A stretch of 64,000 bases of DNA, from positions 32,001-96,000 of IMG/VR virus record IMGVR_UViG_3300033153_010139; one strand, written 5' to 3'. Positions 18,597 through 28,994 of this stretch are shown in pieces. The first letter of the stretch is position 1. Each line of letters opens with the position of its first letter. Position numbers and translations under genes: made by a program. The stretch comes from a virus. A model generated the notes under the pieces. That model searched no databases, was not told the DNA's origin, and saw only the letters and a list, made by a program, of their open reading frames with translations.

Positions 18597-19982
18597 ATGG
18601 CGATCAACACTTCCGGGACTACGACGGTCCAGCACGACAAGGACCACTACATTTCCGATCACAACCACGACGGCTCGGACGTCTTAGTCGGCGCCAGTGG
18701 CGGGAACCCGGCCGAGATCGACTGGTCGCACGCTGCGGCCACCGCGCTGACCGTCGCTATCCGCGACGCCAACGGCGATCTGATCGTTCCGGCGACCCCG
18801 ACCAACGACAACGCCGCGGTCTCCAAGGTCTACGCCGAGGGACTCGTCTCCGGTCTGCAGATCAAGGACGCCTGTAGCGTGGCGACCGCCGCCGCTCTCC
18901 CAGCCTACACGGGCGGCGGAACAGGTACGCTCACGGCAACCAGCGTTGGCGTCCTTACGATCGACGGCATTGCGACGGTGCTTGGCGACCGCATTCTCCT
19001 GAAGGACGGCGCCTCCGCGATCGACAACGGCATTTACGAAGTCACTACCGAGGGCACTGTCGGCGTCGCCTATGTGCTGACGCGTACTGCGGACCTGGAC
19101 ACCGGTGACAGCGCCGCCAACGCCTTCACGTTCGTCGGTCAAGGCACGGCCAACGGAGAGACCGGCTGGGCTTGCACCAGCGTGTCCGGTTCCGACACCG
19201 TGGACACCCACGCGCTGACCTGGGTCCAGTTCAATGGCGGCACGACGGTCACTGGCGGCGACGGTATCCGCAAGACCGGCACCTCACTTGACATCGAGCC
19301 GACCGACTTCGCCGGCAACGGCCTGACCACAACCGGCGCAGTTCCCGCGCAGGACATGCTGGTCGAGCACGACGTGACCACAGGCGGGAACATCCAGCCT
19401 GTCAACGTAGCCGCCAACGGCGTGGGTGTGGACATCAACGCCATTGCCGGCACGGGTATCGAAGCTGACGGCAGCGCGAACCTGCGCTTGGCGCTCCAGG
19501 GCAACGGTATCGCTGGCGGCGCCGGCAGCACGCTATCGGTGGACGCCGACACGGAAACCGGCGGGAACATCCAGGGCGCGAACGTCACGGCCAACGGCGT
19601 GGGCGTAGACGTCAGCGCCATTGCCGGCAACGGCCTGGCCGCAGACGGCAGCGCCAACTTGGACGTGAGCCCGGACACGACCGGAGGCGCGAACCTGGCC
19701 GAGGCCATCAACGTCAGCGCCAACGGCGTGGCCGTCAAGATCGATGACGTCGGCGTCAAGGAGAACGGGAGCGGCCAGCTGGTGGTGGCCGGATTCCATG
19801 GCTTCGGCGCCTACGCCGGCTCGAAGCCGACCTACACCGAGGCGCACACCACGCTGGGTATGGCTGCCGTGAACGACTGGGCCTTCTTCCTCAAGGCCGC
19901 CTCGAACAAGGTCTACCTGCTGATTCGCCAGTCGGTCGGGGCCTCCGACATCACCGACTTCAGCATGGTCCAGATGACCTAA
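18597..19982 (+). CDS. Gly/Asn-rich fibre or head decoration protein with 59-aa repeats
   Basis: GDRILLKD....DNGIY module plus repeats shared with 26496..28964. Confidence 0.7.
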   Translation: MAINTSGTTTVQHDKDHYISDHNHDGSDVLVGASGGNPAEIDWSHAAATALTVAIRDANGDLIVPATPTNDNAAVSKVYAEGLVSGLQIKDACSVATAAALPAYTGGGTGTLTATSVGVLTIDGIATVLGDRILLKDGASAIDNGIYEVTTEGTVGVAYVLTRTADLDTGDSAANAFTFVGQGTANGETGWACTSVSGSDTVDTHALTWVQFNGGTTVTGGDGIRKTGTSLDIEPTDFAGNGLTTTGAVPAQDMLVEHDVTTGGNIQPVNVAANGVGVDINAIAGTGIEADGSANLRLALQGNGIAGGAGSTLSVDADTETGGNIQGANVTANGVGVDVSAIAGNGLAADGSANLDVSPDTTGGANLAEAINVSANGVAVKIDDVGVKENGSGQLVVAGFHGFGAYAGSKPTYTEAHTTLGMAAVNDWAFFLKAASNKVYLLIRQSVGASDITDFSMVQMT

Positions 19983-20027
19983 TCGTCCTCGGGCGACGGT
20001 AGGAGGTAGCCCGGCTCAGGAGGCTCT

Positions 20028-20717
20028 GTGTCACACGACGATCATGCTGAACAGGTGGGAGTGGCGAACGGACTCGCCACCCTCGGCGCCGGGGCCACGC
20101 ATCCTGCAGCCCAATACACCGAGATGGTCGGCGATTCAGGCGCTGGCGGCACCAAAGGGGCGGTCCCCGCCCCAGCCGCTGGCGATGCCGCCGCCGGCAA
20201 ATTCCTCAAGGCCGATGGGACGTGGGCGGCTGCCGGCAGCGGCCCGCGAACCGATTACGGCGCTCTGGCGGCCGACCCCGGCGGTACCCCGAGCGACGGC
20301 GACATCTACTACAACACGGCGCTCGACATGGAAATGCGCTACGACGCCGGGCGCACGAAGTGGTTGAGCATCGAGTCCCAGGTCTTCCAGTTCGGTCGGA
20401 GCGGTAACACCGCTGATGGCGCCTATTACAAGCACGTCGATGCGATGACCATGTCGGCGACGGCAGGGTTCATGGTGCCGCACAATGGCACGCTGATCGG
20501 CGTCGGCTATACGCGTACGGACACCGACGCGGCCACGTTCGAGATTCAAGACGACGGCGTTAGCCTTGGAACGCTCGCGTCTGCCGCTGTAGCCGGGTCC
20601 GTTATGGCTCTGAATGGCGATTTTGCCGCGAGCAGCGTTCTTTCCGCGTTGAACCAAACGGGGAGTGCTACCACAAGCGGCGTGCTCGGTTGGTTCAAGG
20701 TGAAGTGGAGGGCGTAA
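20028..20717 (+). CDS. Fibre-like virion protein
   Basis: GDSGAGGTKG.VPAPAAGDAAAGKFLKADGTW motif. Confidence 0.65.
   Translation: MSHDDHAEQVGVANGLATLGAGATHPAAQYTEMVGDSGAGGTKGAVPAPAAGDAAAGKFLKADGTWAAAGSGPRTDYGALAADPGGTPSDGDIYYNTALDMEMRYDAGRTKWLSIESQVFQFGRSGNTADGAYYKHVDAMTMSATAGFMVPHNGTLIGVGYTRTDTDAATFEIQDDGVSLGTLASAAVAGSVMALNGDFAASSVLSALNQTGSATTSGVLGWFKVKWRA
20166..20225 (+). repeat. 60-bp exact direct repeat, copy 1
   Basis: Identical to 21072-21131. Confidence 0.85.
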
Positions 20718-21509
20718 GTGGCAGCCACAATCATCGCCAAGAACCAGACGGCGGGGGACCTGGCCCTCACCCAGCTGATCGCGCCGGACCGGAAGATCCC
20801 GGCCTCCGGCCAAGTCCAGCTCACAGACTGGAACACGGTTTCTGAGATCCAGAGCGACAAACAGCTCAAGGCTTACATCACCAGCGACGACGTTCTGCTC
20901 AATATCAACGGAACAGATCAGAACAAGGCGCAGAGCCTTGCCGAGGGTATCGCTTCCGTTGCGCCTGTTGCTGACGGAGTTCCGCGAGCCGATGACGGCG
21001 CCGAGCTGGCCGCCGCGTGGCTCAAGAATTTCGTCGGAGACTCTGGATCCGGCGGTACCAAGGGCGCCGCGCCCGCCCCAGCCGCTGGCGATGCCGCCGC
21101 CGGCAAATTCCTCAAGGCCGATGGGACGTGGTCAACCGCGCCCAGCGGCGGGTCGCCGACAAGCCAGCTCGTGGCCGCGACGGCTGGCGCGACCACCACC
21201 TCGACAGATCCTGTCCTGGTTCCGGGCGCAACGATAACACCAGCAGCTGGCACCTACCTCGTATGGTTCACCGGCTCTGCCGCGCAGTCCAATAAGAACA
21301 ACAGTGCGTGGACGTCCGTGCATTCTGGTGGCGTGATCGAGCAGGCGTCAGAGCGACTACTCGACTTTGCCGGAGCCTTGCAGTACGTGCCGTTCTCTTG
21401 TGTGGCCCGCGTAACGGTCGATGGCGCGCAGGCGATCGAAGGCAGGTGGCGGGTCGATGGCGTCCAGGCGACGCTTGCCGAAGCAACCCTCGCGATTCTG
21501 AGGACGTAA
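20718..21509 (+). CDS. Fibre-like virion protein
   Basis: Same AGDAAAGKFLKADGTW module. Confidence 0.65.
   Translation: MAATIIAKNQTAGDLALTQLIAPDRKIPASGQVQLTDWNTVSEIQSDKQLKAYITSDDVLLNINGTDQNKAQSLAEGIASVAPVADGVPRADDGAELAAAWLKNFVGDSGSGGTKGAAPAPAAGDAAAGKFLKADGTWSTAPSGGSPTSQLVAATAGATTTSTDPVLVPGATITPAAGTYLVWFTGSAAQSNKNNSAWTSVHSGGVIEQASERLLDFAGALQYVPFSCVARVTVDGAQAIEGRWRVDGVQATLAEATLAILRT
21072..21131 (+). repeat. 60-bp exact direct repeat, copy 2
   Basis: Identical to 20166-20225. Confidence 0.85.
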
Positions 21510-22765
21510 TGGCGGAACACACCTATACCTACAGCAAGGCAACCGACTTCGGCGGCGCGATCAACTCGCACACGCTTGAGACCGCGATTTACGCGTCATC
21601 CATCGAAACCGCGCTGGCCCGGATCGACACCGCCGGCGACGTCGTCGAGGTCGTCTTCAAGGCGCAGCCGTCTCAGGCCGACAAGACGACGCTGGACGGC
21701 GGCGCATCGCAGACCGAGGAATCTCCCCCCGCGGCCGACAGCCTGCTCGACGAGCACGACGGCTCTGTTGTGACGATCCCCGACCAAACGCTGATCGTCA
21801 ACGAGGACGAGACGAAGTGGTACCAGCCGCAGACGAGCAACAAGACGCCGATCGTGAACCCGGACACGATCCCGCCCGGGTATATGCTCTACCTGACCGG
21901 AGCCTTCGACGACCTCGAAACCGGGAAGCGAGGAGTAGGTGCTCAGATAGAGAAGGCGGTGACCAACGACGCAGGTCCGATCACGGAGTACGTCGAGGGG
22001 CAGTTCTGCGAGCACGCCTATATTGTTGGGGGCGAGTTTGGCGTTCAGAACGACAACTTCGGCGACTGGGTCTCGATGCTCGCCTACGCTCCCGCGTCGG
22101 CGCCTACGAACGTGCCCACCGGAACAGGCAACGCCAACAAGGGTGGCGTGCTCGCCATCGACAACAAGAACGGCACCTTCCAAGCCGGTGACGTACTGAC
22201 CGGGGGAACGTCAGGGCATACAGCGGCAGTCGCAGCGGTACTGGCGGACACCGAGCTGCAGGTAGCGCACATCGGAACCGGCGCGTTCGAGGACGACGAA
22301 GAGGTGACCGGGAGCATCAGTAGCGCTACGGCCGACGTGGACGGCCTGATAGCCGGCAACATGTTCGTGCCGGCCGCGGACAACGGCTTCTGGAACGTGG
22401 ACGGCTCGGCGCTCACGGTGGGCGAGATCAACGAGAACCTCGTGCCTGTTCCAAACCCCGGCACGCCACAAGCGGGCTTCTGGAACTGGGATCCCGATGT
22501 GGACCCGTCGATTACGCCAGCTCCTAGCCAAGACGGAAGCTACGACCTCTACGACATCGACATTCCGCTGGTGCGCCAGGCGAACCGGATCAGCGTGCTC
22601 ATGCACGAGAAGGGGTGTTGCCCGCCAAACATCAGAGGCAAGAAGCTGCTTCCGCATTGGATATTCCGCTTCTACGTGCACAGGGAAGCGGCCGGGCCCG
22701 TTTCCGTCGCTTTCGTCATGAAGTTCGGTCGCCGCAGTACTGTCAACTCCACTGACCTGCTGTGA
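21509..22765 (+). CDS. Virion structural protein
   Basis: TAATG coupling (MAEHTYTY...); contains a GTF..G..LTG.TSG.TA module. Confidence 0.6.
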   Translation: MAEHTYTYSKATDFGGAINSHTLETAIYASSIETALARIDTAGDVVEVVFKAQPSQADKTTLDGGASQTEESPPAADSLLDEHDGSVVTIPDQTLIVNEDETKWYQPQTSNKTPIVNPDTIPPGYMLYLTGAFDDLETGKRGVGAQIEKAVTNDAGPITEYVEGQFCEHAYIVGGEFGVQNDNFGDWVSMLAYAPASAPTNVPTGTGNANKGGVLAIDNKNGTFQAGDVLTGGTSGHTAAVAAVLADTELQVAHIGTGAFEDDEEVTGSISSATADVDGLIAGNMFVPAADNGFWNVDGSALTVGEINENLVPVPNPGTPQAGFWNWDPDVDPSITPAPSQDGSYDLYDIDIPLVRQANRISVLMHEKGCCPPNIRGKKLLPHWIFRFYVHREAAGPVSVAFVMKFGRRSTVNSTDLL

Positions 22766-23322
22766 TCGTCGTTGTCCTGTCAACGCCGTCTTCCCCCAGC
22801 CTGGTGTCCTGGCTGATCCGAAAGATCACCCGGTTTAAGGCCACCCACGCCTCGATTCACATCAAAGGGCGCGGCATGTTCGCCGGCTCGCGGCTGATCT
22901 TCGAGAGCACGTCGCACGGCGTCAGCCTGGTGCACCCTTCGACCTGGGACAAGAACAACCGCGCCGTGTTCGCTTACGAGATGGTCGGCGAGAACGAGGC
23001 CGGCGCAGTGGGGCTCCGCGAGACGTGGAAGCTCCTGGGCGCGGACTACGACTACCTGGGGTTGTTCCACTTTGGCTGGAGGATGCTCATGGACCGCATC
23101 TTCGGCGTGAAGGTGGACGCTCCCATCACCCAAGACACGTTGTTTTGCAGCGAGCTGGTCGCGCGGTGGCTGAACGAGGTGAAGACACAGCTCGGTATTC
23201 CTCTTGGAACGCTCCGACCCGACGAAGTGTCGCCAGCTGGGCTGTCGATCGAGCTGGAGCGCTCCGACCTGTTCAGGAGCCTGCCGTGCGAGGAACTCTC
23301 ATTGTCAGCGATCTTCACTTAG
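22762..23322 (+). CDS. Permuted papain-like (YiiX/YebB, NlpC/P60) amidase
   Basis: N-terminal THAS His, YDY and C-terminal FCSELV Cys. Confidence 0.75.
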   Translation: MIVVVLSTPSSPSLVSWLIRKITRFKATHASIHIKGRGMFAGSRLIFESTSHGVSLVHPSTWDKNNRAVFAYEMVGENEAGAVGLRETWKLLGADYDYLGLFHFGWRMLMDRIFGVKVDAPITQDTLFCSELVARWLNEVKTQLGIPLGTLRPDEVSPAGLSIELERSDLFRSLPCEELSLSAIFT

Positions 23323-23975
23323 GGGCGCCCAGCCGTTACCCGCAGGCCGACGGCGAACTGTGCCGGATCCTCTGGCAGCCCTGGGAGCGCATTATCCTGG
23401 CCGGCGACGTCTTCGACCTGTGGCGCTCGTCCTACTGGGCGATCCGCAAGGTCCACACGACCGTGCTGGAGACCATCGCAGCGGCCAAGTGCCCGGTAAT
23501 CTTCATCCCTGGGAACCACGATGACGTATACCGCGGCGTGACCGACCTCGAAGGCATGGAAGTCGTGTGGCCCAGCTACACGTTCACCAGCGGCGGGAAG
23601 AAGGTCACCGTCTGCCACGGCGATACCTACGACACCGCCAGCCCGGCGCTGTCGGGTTTCGGGGCTTGGCTGGGTAACGCGGCCGACCGGATCGCGACCT
23701 GGCTCGCCGGTCCGGGGGCGTCGATCCAGCGGTCGGTGCGCCACTCATTCGTAGACCGTGGCCCAGGGCGCGAGCGCTACGCCAGACCAATCCTGGAGGC
23801 CGCGGCGCGCGATATTGACGCCGATCTGGTGGTGCTCGGCCACACGCACCTCCCGAGCGGGCCGGAGGAGATTGCCGGCAAGATCGTAGTCAACTCGGGA
23901 GACTTCGGCTCCGAGCACATGACCTACGTGGTGGTTTCTGAGGGAAAGGCAGAGCTTCGTGACCTACAGGCATGA
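23286..23975 (+). CDS. Calcineurin-like metallophosphoesterase (LpxH-like)
   Basis: SDLHLG, GDVFD, GNHD, HGD and GHTH motifs. Confidence 0.85.
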   Translation: MRGTLIVSDLHLGAPSRYPQADGELCRILWQPWERIILAGDVFDLWRSSYWAIRKVHTTVLETIAAAKCPVIFIPGNHDDVYRGVTDLEGMEVVWPSYTFTSGGKKVTVCHGDTYDTASPALSGFGAWLGNAADRIATWLAGPGASIQRSVRHSFVDRGPGRERYARPILEAAARDIDADLVVLGHTHLPSGPEEIAGKIVVNSGDFGSEHMTYVVVSEGKAELRDLQA

Positions 23976-23986
23976 TGCCGTAGAAT
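23959..23986 (+). promoter_or_regulatory. Putative sigma70-type promoter
   Basis: GTGACC-N16-TAGAAT upstream of 24012. Confidence 0.4.
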
Positions 23987-24011
23987 GTCGTGGAGATAGG
24001 CGAGGGAGCTG

Positions 24012-25988
24012 ATGACGACTACCAAAGCGGTCCTCGACATTCAGTCGGATCTCGACCAGCCCAACGCCCCGTCGGTCGCGACCGACGTGGCGAACAAGGG
24101 TTACGTGGACTCGGTCGCGGGCGGCGTGGACGCCACTTCCGCATCTGGCGGCGGAATCAAGGGCAAGGCCACGTACGACGAGGACAAGGGGCTTCTCGTT
24201 GCGGCGGGCATCGCCGAGGTCAAGGTCGATACGGCGGCCGGCGTCGAATTCAACGGCTCGGGCGCGATCAGGGCCAAGGTCTCGCCGACAGAGGCCATCG
24301 AGTTCAACGGCAGCGGGGAGATCAGGACCAAGATCGACGGCAGCTCGGTCACCTTGAACGGCTCTGGCCAGCTGGCCGTCCCAGAGGCTGCCGCGGCGTC
24401 CGGTGGCGGGGCCAAGGGGCTGGCGACCTACGATTCCGATAAGGGCATTGCCGTGACGTCTGGGGTCGCCGAGGTCAAGCTCGACTCGACGCTCCACTTC
24501 GACGGTCTGGGCCGAGTGGGAATCGTCGGCGCCGGAGGCGGTGGCGGCGCGATCGGCACCGTGTCGCAGCGGGCGCAGGTCATTCGGACCATCACAGCCA
24601 TTACCCCGGCCACGCCGATCACGATCGGAACCGGGATCGACGCCCTGTCGCACCCGAACGGCTCGATCACGGGACAACGAATCGAGGTGGCTGTTCCGCC
24701 CGACTACTACACGGGTACGCTGGACCTGCGGCTGACCTACCGCATGTCGTCGGCAGTCGGAGGTCCGAACAACCAGGTCCGGTTGAGCCTGGCAGCCGAG
24801 ATCGCCCAAGTGACCACCGGGCTGATCGACTTCACGTCGTACCCAGACACGGGCCAGGATCTCATCACGCCGACGAACACCGACATCGTGCGGCAGTTAG
24901 TGATGTCGCTGACCGCCGGCTCGTTCGATACCGGGGCCACGATCGCGTTCTACGTGAAGCGTCTGGGCACGCACGCGAACGACCTGCACACGGGCGCCCT
25001 CGACATCATCGCCTACGAGTGGGCCTACACGTCGATCGTCGATTCGCGGATGGCTACCCAGACCCTTGACGTGCTCGTGGCCGCGCCGCCCGAGGCGGCT
25101 ACCACGCCCAACACGCTGGGCTCCGGGATCGACGCGTGGGACTTCGTGACCGGCACGGACAACTCACTGAAGGGCTCGTTCATCGTCCCGGAGAACTGGG
25201 ACGGGGTGACCGACGCGATCATCTACGCCACCTACGCGATGTCCTCCGGGTCCGCTTCGGTGGTGCGGCTGGAGACGAGCGGGGAGATCGCCAACGTCAC
25301 GACCGGCGCCATAGACGTGGTGGTGGCCCAGAACTACGACGTGGGCACAACGGCGGACACGAACGTCCACAAGGCCGCGATCCGTTCGATTCCGGCGTCG
25401 GCGCTCCAGACCGGGAGCCATATCACTGCGAAGCTCGTGCGGCGCGTGTCCGTGGGCAGCAACCACCCCGGCAGCTTCCAGCTGATCGGGCTGTCCGTCG
25501 CCTTCAGCACGGCGCCGGTCTCCGGCTTCACGGCGATCACGACCGAGGAGCACTTCATCGACGAGTTCGGGTTCAACATCATCACGACCGACGGCGTCTG
25601 GGGCGACTCGGAGTATCCGAGCTTCGCTACAACCTTCGACCAGTACGTCAAGATGAACTCGACCGTCTCGTCCGGCCGACTCGACGTGGCCTTCTCCGGC
25701 CGACTGATGAGTGCGCAGGCCACGGTCGCCCAGGTGAAGATGAACATCATGGGCGTCGGGGCCACGCCGAGGCACAAGCTGCTGATCTACGCGGAAGGTT
25801 CGGGGGCCACGGCCGTCTACGACTCCGGCCTTGTGCCGTCGCCGGTCGCGCCGACCGAGTACGTCATTACGGCTGCTATGATGTCGGCCCAACCGCTCGT
25901 GCAGAAGCGTTTTCACGTGGTCGTGGAGGCGTATATCGACTCGGGCGAGGTGGTCAAGTGTAGCCTTCCGTTCGTGCGGCAGGAGTAG
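24012..25988 (+). CDS. Multi-domain virion protein (paralogue of 31698 and 29539)
   Basis: Two VP.(D/N)(Y/W)...YAMS....VRL domains and a shared C-terminal domain ending EA.(I/L)D.GE...P.V.(QE/HG). Confidence 0.65.
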   Translation: MTTTKAVLDIQSDLDQPNAPSVATDVANKGYVDSVAGGVDATSASGGGIKGKATYDEDKGLLVAAGIAEVKVDTAAGVEFNGSGAIRAKVSPTEAIEFNGSGEIRTKIDGSSVTLNGSGQLAVPEAAAASGGGAKGLATYDSDKGIAVTSGVAEVKLDSTLHFDGLGRVGIVGAGGGGGAIGTVSQRAQVIRTITAITPATPITIGTGIDALSHPNGSITGQRIEVAVPPDYYTGTLDLRLTYRMSSAVGGPNNQVRLSLAAEIAQVTTGLIDFTSYPDTGQDLITPTNTDIVRQLVMSLTAGSFDTGATIAFYVKRLGTHANDLHTGALDIIAYEWAYTSIVDSRMATQTLDVLVAAPPEAATTPNTLGSGIDAWDFVTGTDNSLKGSFIVPENWDGVTDAIIYATYAMSSGSASVVRLETSGEIANVTTGAIDVVVAQNYDVGTTADTNVHKAAIRSIPASALQTGSHITAKLVRRVSVGSNHPGSFQLIGLSVAFSTAPVSGFTAITTEEHFIDEFGFNIITTDGVWGDSEYPSFATTFDQYVKMNSTVSSGRLDVAFSGRLMSAQATVAQVKMNIMGVGATPRHKLLIYAEGSGATAVYDSGLVPSPVAPTEYVITAAMMSAQPLVQKRFHVVVEAYIDSGEVVKCSLPFVRQE

Positions 25989-25992
25989 GCCG

Positions 25993-26448
25993 ATGAGCGC
26001 CTTCGAGGACTTTGTTGCTCTTGAGCTGCCCAGGCGCTCGACGCTGCTCACCAAGGCGATCACCTCCTACGATGCCGATCCGAACCTCGGCGGCGCGCCG
26101 GCCATCGTCCAGAGCGCGCCGCTCGGCACCTGGTTCTACGAGGAGACCGCAAACAAGTGGTGGCGAAGGCGCGGGGCGGCGCCGACGACGTGGTCCGACC
26201 AGACGTCCGGTGGCGCTGCGACCTTCGACCGCCGAGAGGAGACCTTCGTTCCGACGCTTGGGCAGACGGTGTTCACTTTGTCGGCCACGCCGGCAACACC
26301 GAACGACACGAGCGTGTTTGTGAACACGGTCAAATACATCTACGGGACCGACTTCTCGGTCGCCGGCAATCAGGTTACTTGGATCCCCGGCGCCGCCGGG
26401 TTTGCGCTGGACGCGCTGGACGTGGTGGAGATCATCTACTTCGTCTAA
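25993..26448 (+). CDS. Virion protein with C-terminal GQTVFTL/VFVN beta domain
   Basis: 151 aa, AGGAG RBS. Confidence 0.6.
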   Translation: MSAFEDFVALELPRRSTLLTKAITSYDADPNLGGAPAIVQSAPLGTWFYEETANKWWRRRGAAPTTWSDQTSGGAATFDRREETFVPTLGQTVFTLSATPATPNDTSVFVNTVKYIYGTDFSVAGNQVTWIPGAAGFALDALDVVEIIYFV

Positions 26449-26495
26449 CGGACGGCGGCTTTCGCAACACACCACGCAGGGAGTTTTAGGAAGAC

Positions 26496-28964
26496 ATGGC
26501 AATCCGAGCAAAGCAAATGCTGTCGAGCACTTTCGACAGCACCCAGGTCACCCGGCTGTTCGCGGCACAAGCAATCGCCGGCTCCAAAATCGCCAATGGC
26601 GACATCACCGGAACGCAGTTAGCGACGTCGGTGGCCGGCTCCGGCCTGACCGGCGGCGGCGGTTCGGCGCTGGCTGTCGAGCCCAACGTTACCGACAACG
26701 GCCAGGTTCCCGGGCTGGAGGCCGCGGCCAACGGCGTACGGATCGCGGCTGCGGCAGCTGGCAATGGCCTCGCGGGCGGCGGTGGCACGGCGCTGTCCGT
26801 GGATGTGGACTCGGAGACGGGTTCCAACATCCAGCCGGCCAATCTCACCGCCAACGGCGTGGGCGTGGACATCAACGCCATCGCCGGCACCGGTGTCGAA
26901 GCCGACGGTTCCGCCAACCTGCGCCTCGCAACCCAAGGCAACGGTATCGCCGGCGGCAACGGTTCGACCCTGAGCGTGGACCCGGACTCCGAGAGCGGCG
27001 GCAACACCGAGCCAGTGTCCGTGGGCGCCAACGGCGTCGGGCTCAACGTGTCCGGCATTGCCGGCACCGGCATCGAGGCCGATGGGTCGGCGAACCTGCG
27101 CCTCGCCGCACAGGGCAACGGCATTACCGGTGGCGCCGGTTCGACCTTGTCGGTCGATCCTGACACCGGCATTGCTGTTGGCGCGAGCGGCGTTGCCGTC
27201 GATGTCGGATCGACGGTGGACTTCTCCGGCGACACTCCAGTCTGGACATTCGGCAACGAGACCACGGCCGAGGGGCTATTCGTCACAGGTACGCCGCAAG
27301 ACGCCAACCACGTGCCCAACAAGAGCTACGTGGACAACGCAATCACTGGACTCACCTGGCTGCCGCCGGTGCATGTCAAGGAGATGATCGGCTCGGACGC
27401 TGCGCTGGACATCGAGGGGTTCTCCCCAGCTGCCGGCGACGCCTACGTGATCGACACGGCCAACGGCGCCGGCGTGCTCGCCGGTGCGACAGTGGGCGAC
27501 ATCTGGGAGTACAGCGGATCCGCGTGGGCGCTGATCATCGCCGGCGACGGCGGCTATGTAGCCAACGGCTACCGAGCACTCGCCTCGATCCAGACGGCGC
27601 TCAACGGTTCCATCGGGTTGGTGAACGACACCGACGACGGCAAGGTGTTGGAGTGGGATGGCACGAGCCTGACCCCGGCCAAGACCTCGCCGTCCAGTGG
27701 CGACGCGGCCCTGATCACAGATCAGGACGCGGACGGCGACTCGATCTACGCCAACAGCGCCTTCACGTTCGAGGGCGCGGTCCCGACCGGAACGTGGATC
27801 CAGTTCTCTGGCGCGGGGTCGATCAACGCTGGCGCTGGCCTCAGCAAGGACGGCAACACGATCAACGTTGGCGACGCCAACAAGGGCGTCCAGGCTAACG
27901 CGGACGACCTGGAAATCGCCGCCAGCGAGATCGTCAGCAACGGTCTTGGCGTAGGCGCCAGCTCACACCTGCTGGCCGTCAAGCCGAACACCGCCGACAA
28001 CGGTGGTGTTCCTGGCGTGGAGGTCGCGGCCAACGGGCTGAGGCTCGCGGCTGCGGCAGCTGGCGATGGCCTGGCCGGAGGCGCGGGCGACGCGCTCTCG
28101 GTGGATTCCGACACGGAGACCGGCGGAAACATCCAGGGCGTCAACGTCACAGCGAACGGCGCTGGGCTCGATGTCTCGGCCGTTGCCGGTACTGGCGTTG
28201 AGGCGGACGGTTCCGCGAACCTGCGCCTCGCGACGCAGGGCAACGGCATCGCCGGCGGCAACGGTTCGACGTTGAGCGTCGATTCCGACACGGAAACTGG
28301 CGGGAATGTCCAGGGCGCCAACGTCACGGCCAACGGCGTAGGTGTAGACATCAACGCAATCGCCGGCACCGGTCTCGAAGCCGACGGCAGCGCGAACCTT
28401 CGTCTGGCGACGCAGGGCAATGGCATCTCCGGCGGCAACGGTTCGACGTTGAGCGTGGATCCCGACACCGGCATTGCCGTCGGCGCCAGCGGCGTCGCTA
28501 TCGATGTCGGCTCGACGGTGGACTTCTCCGGCGATACGCCGGTTTGGACCTTCGGCAACGAGACCACTGCTGAGGGGCTATTCGTCACCGGCACGCCGCA
28601 AGACGCCAACCACGTGCCCAACAAGAGCTACGTGGATACCGCTGTCGGGAACGTCAACACGGCGGCCCTGACCGCATCCGACAAGGCCAGGATCCCGTCG
28701 TCCGCGACGTCCGGGAACTACTCAACGACTGGCCTCACGATTTCGGCCACGCCGCTCGGCTGGGTCGGGATCTACGTCAACGGTATCCTCTACGAGCTGG
28801 GCGCCGACCGCACGAAGGCGTGCTACTTCAGCTCGGACGGCGGCACGACCGCCAAGGCGATTGCGGCCATCGCCAGTGGCGACACGCTCTACTGGAACGG
28901 TTCGATCATTGGCTGGGAACTCGACGACTCCACCGACGTGGTGGACATGGTTTACGAGACCTAG
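26496..28964 (+). CDS. Large Gly/Ala/Asn-rich fibre protein with internal duplication
   Basis: 822 aa; four 59-aa repeats within a duplicated ~220-aa block. Confidence 0.75.
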   Translation: MAIRAKQMLSSTFDSTQVTRLFAAQAIAGSKIANGDITGTQLATSVAGSGLTGGGGSALAVEPNVTDNGQVPGLEAAANGVRIAAAAAGNGLAGGGGTALSVDVDSETGSNIQPANLTANGVGVDINAIAGTGVEADGSANLRLATQGNGIAGGNGSTLSVDPDSESGGNTEPVSVGANGVGLNVSGIAGTGIEADGSANLRLAAQGNGITGGAGSTLSVDPDTGIAVGASGVAVDVGSTVDFSGDTPVWTFGNETTAEGLFVTGTPQDANHVPNKSYVDNAITGLTWLPPVHVKEMIGSDAALDIEGFSPAAGDAYVIDTANGAGVLAGATVGDIWEYSGSAWALIIAGDGGYVANGYRALASIQTALNGSIGLVNDTDDGKVLEWDGTSLTPAKTSPSSGDAALITDQDADGDSIYANSAFTFEGAVPTGTWIQFSGAGSINAGAGLSKDGNTINVGDANKGVQANADDLEIAASEIVSNGLGVGASSHLLAVKPNTADNGGVPGVEVAANGLRLAAAAAGDGLAGGAGDALSVDSDTETGGNIQGVNVTANGAGLDVSAVAGTGVEADGSANLRLATQGNGIAGGNGSTLSVDSDTETGGNVQGANVTANGVGVDINAIAGTGLEADGSANLRLATQGNGISGGNGSTLSVDPDTGIAVGASGVAIDVGSTVDFSGDTPVWTFGNETTAEGLFVTGTPQDANHVPNKSYVDTAVGNVNTAALTASDKARIPSSATSGNYSTTGLTISATPLGWVGIYVNGILYELGADRTKACYFSSDGGTTAKAIAAIASGDTLYWNGSIIGWELDDSTDVVDMVYET

Positions 28965-28994
28965 CAGAGCGGGTTAGGGTAGAGGTCCAAGCGC

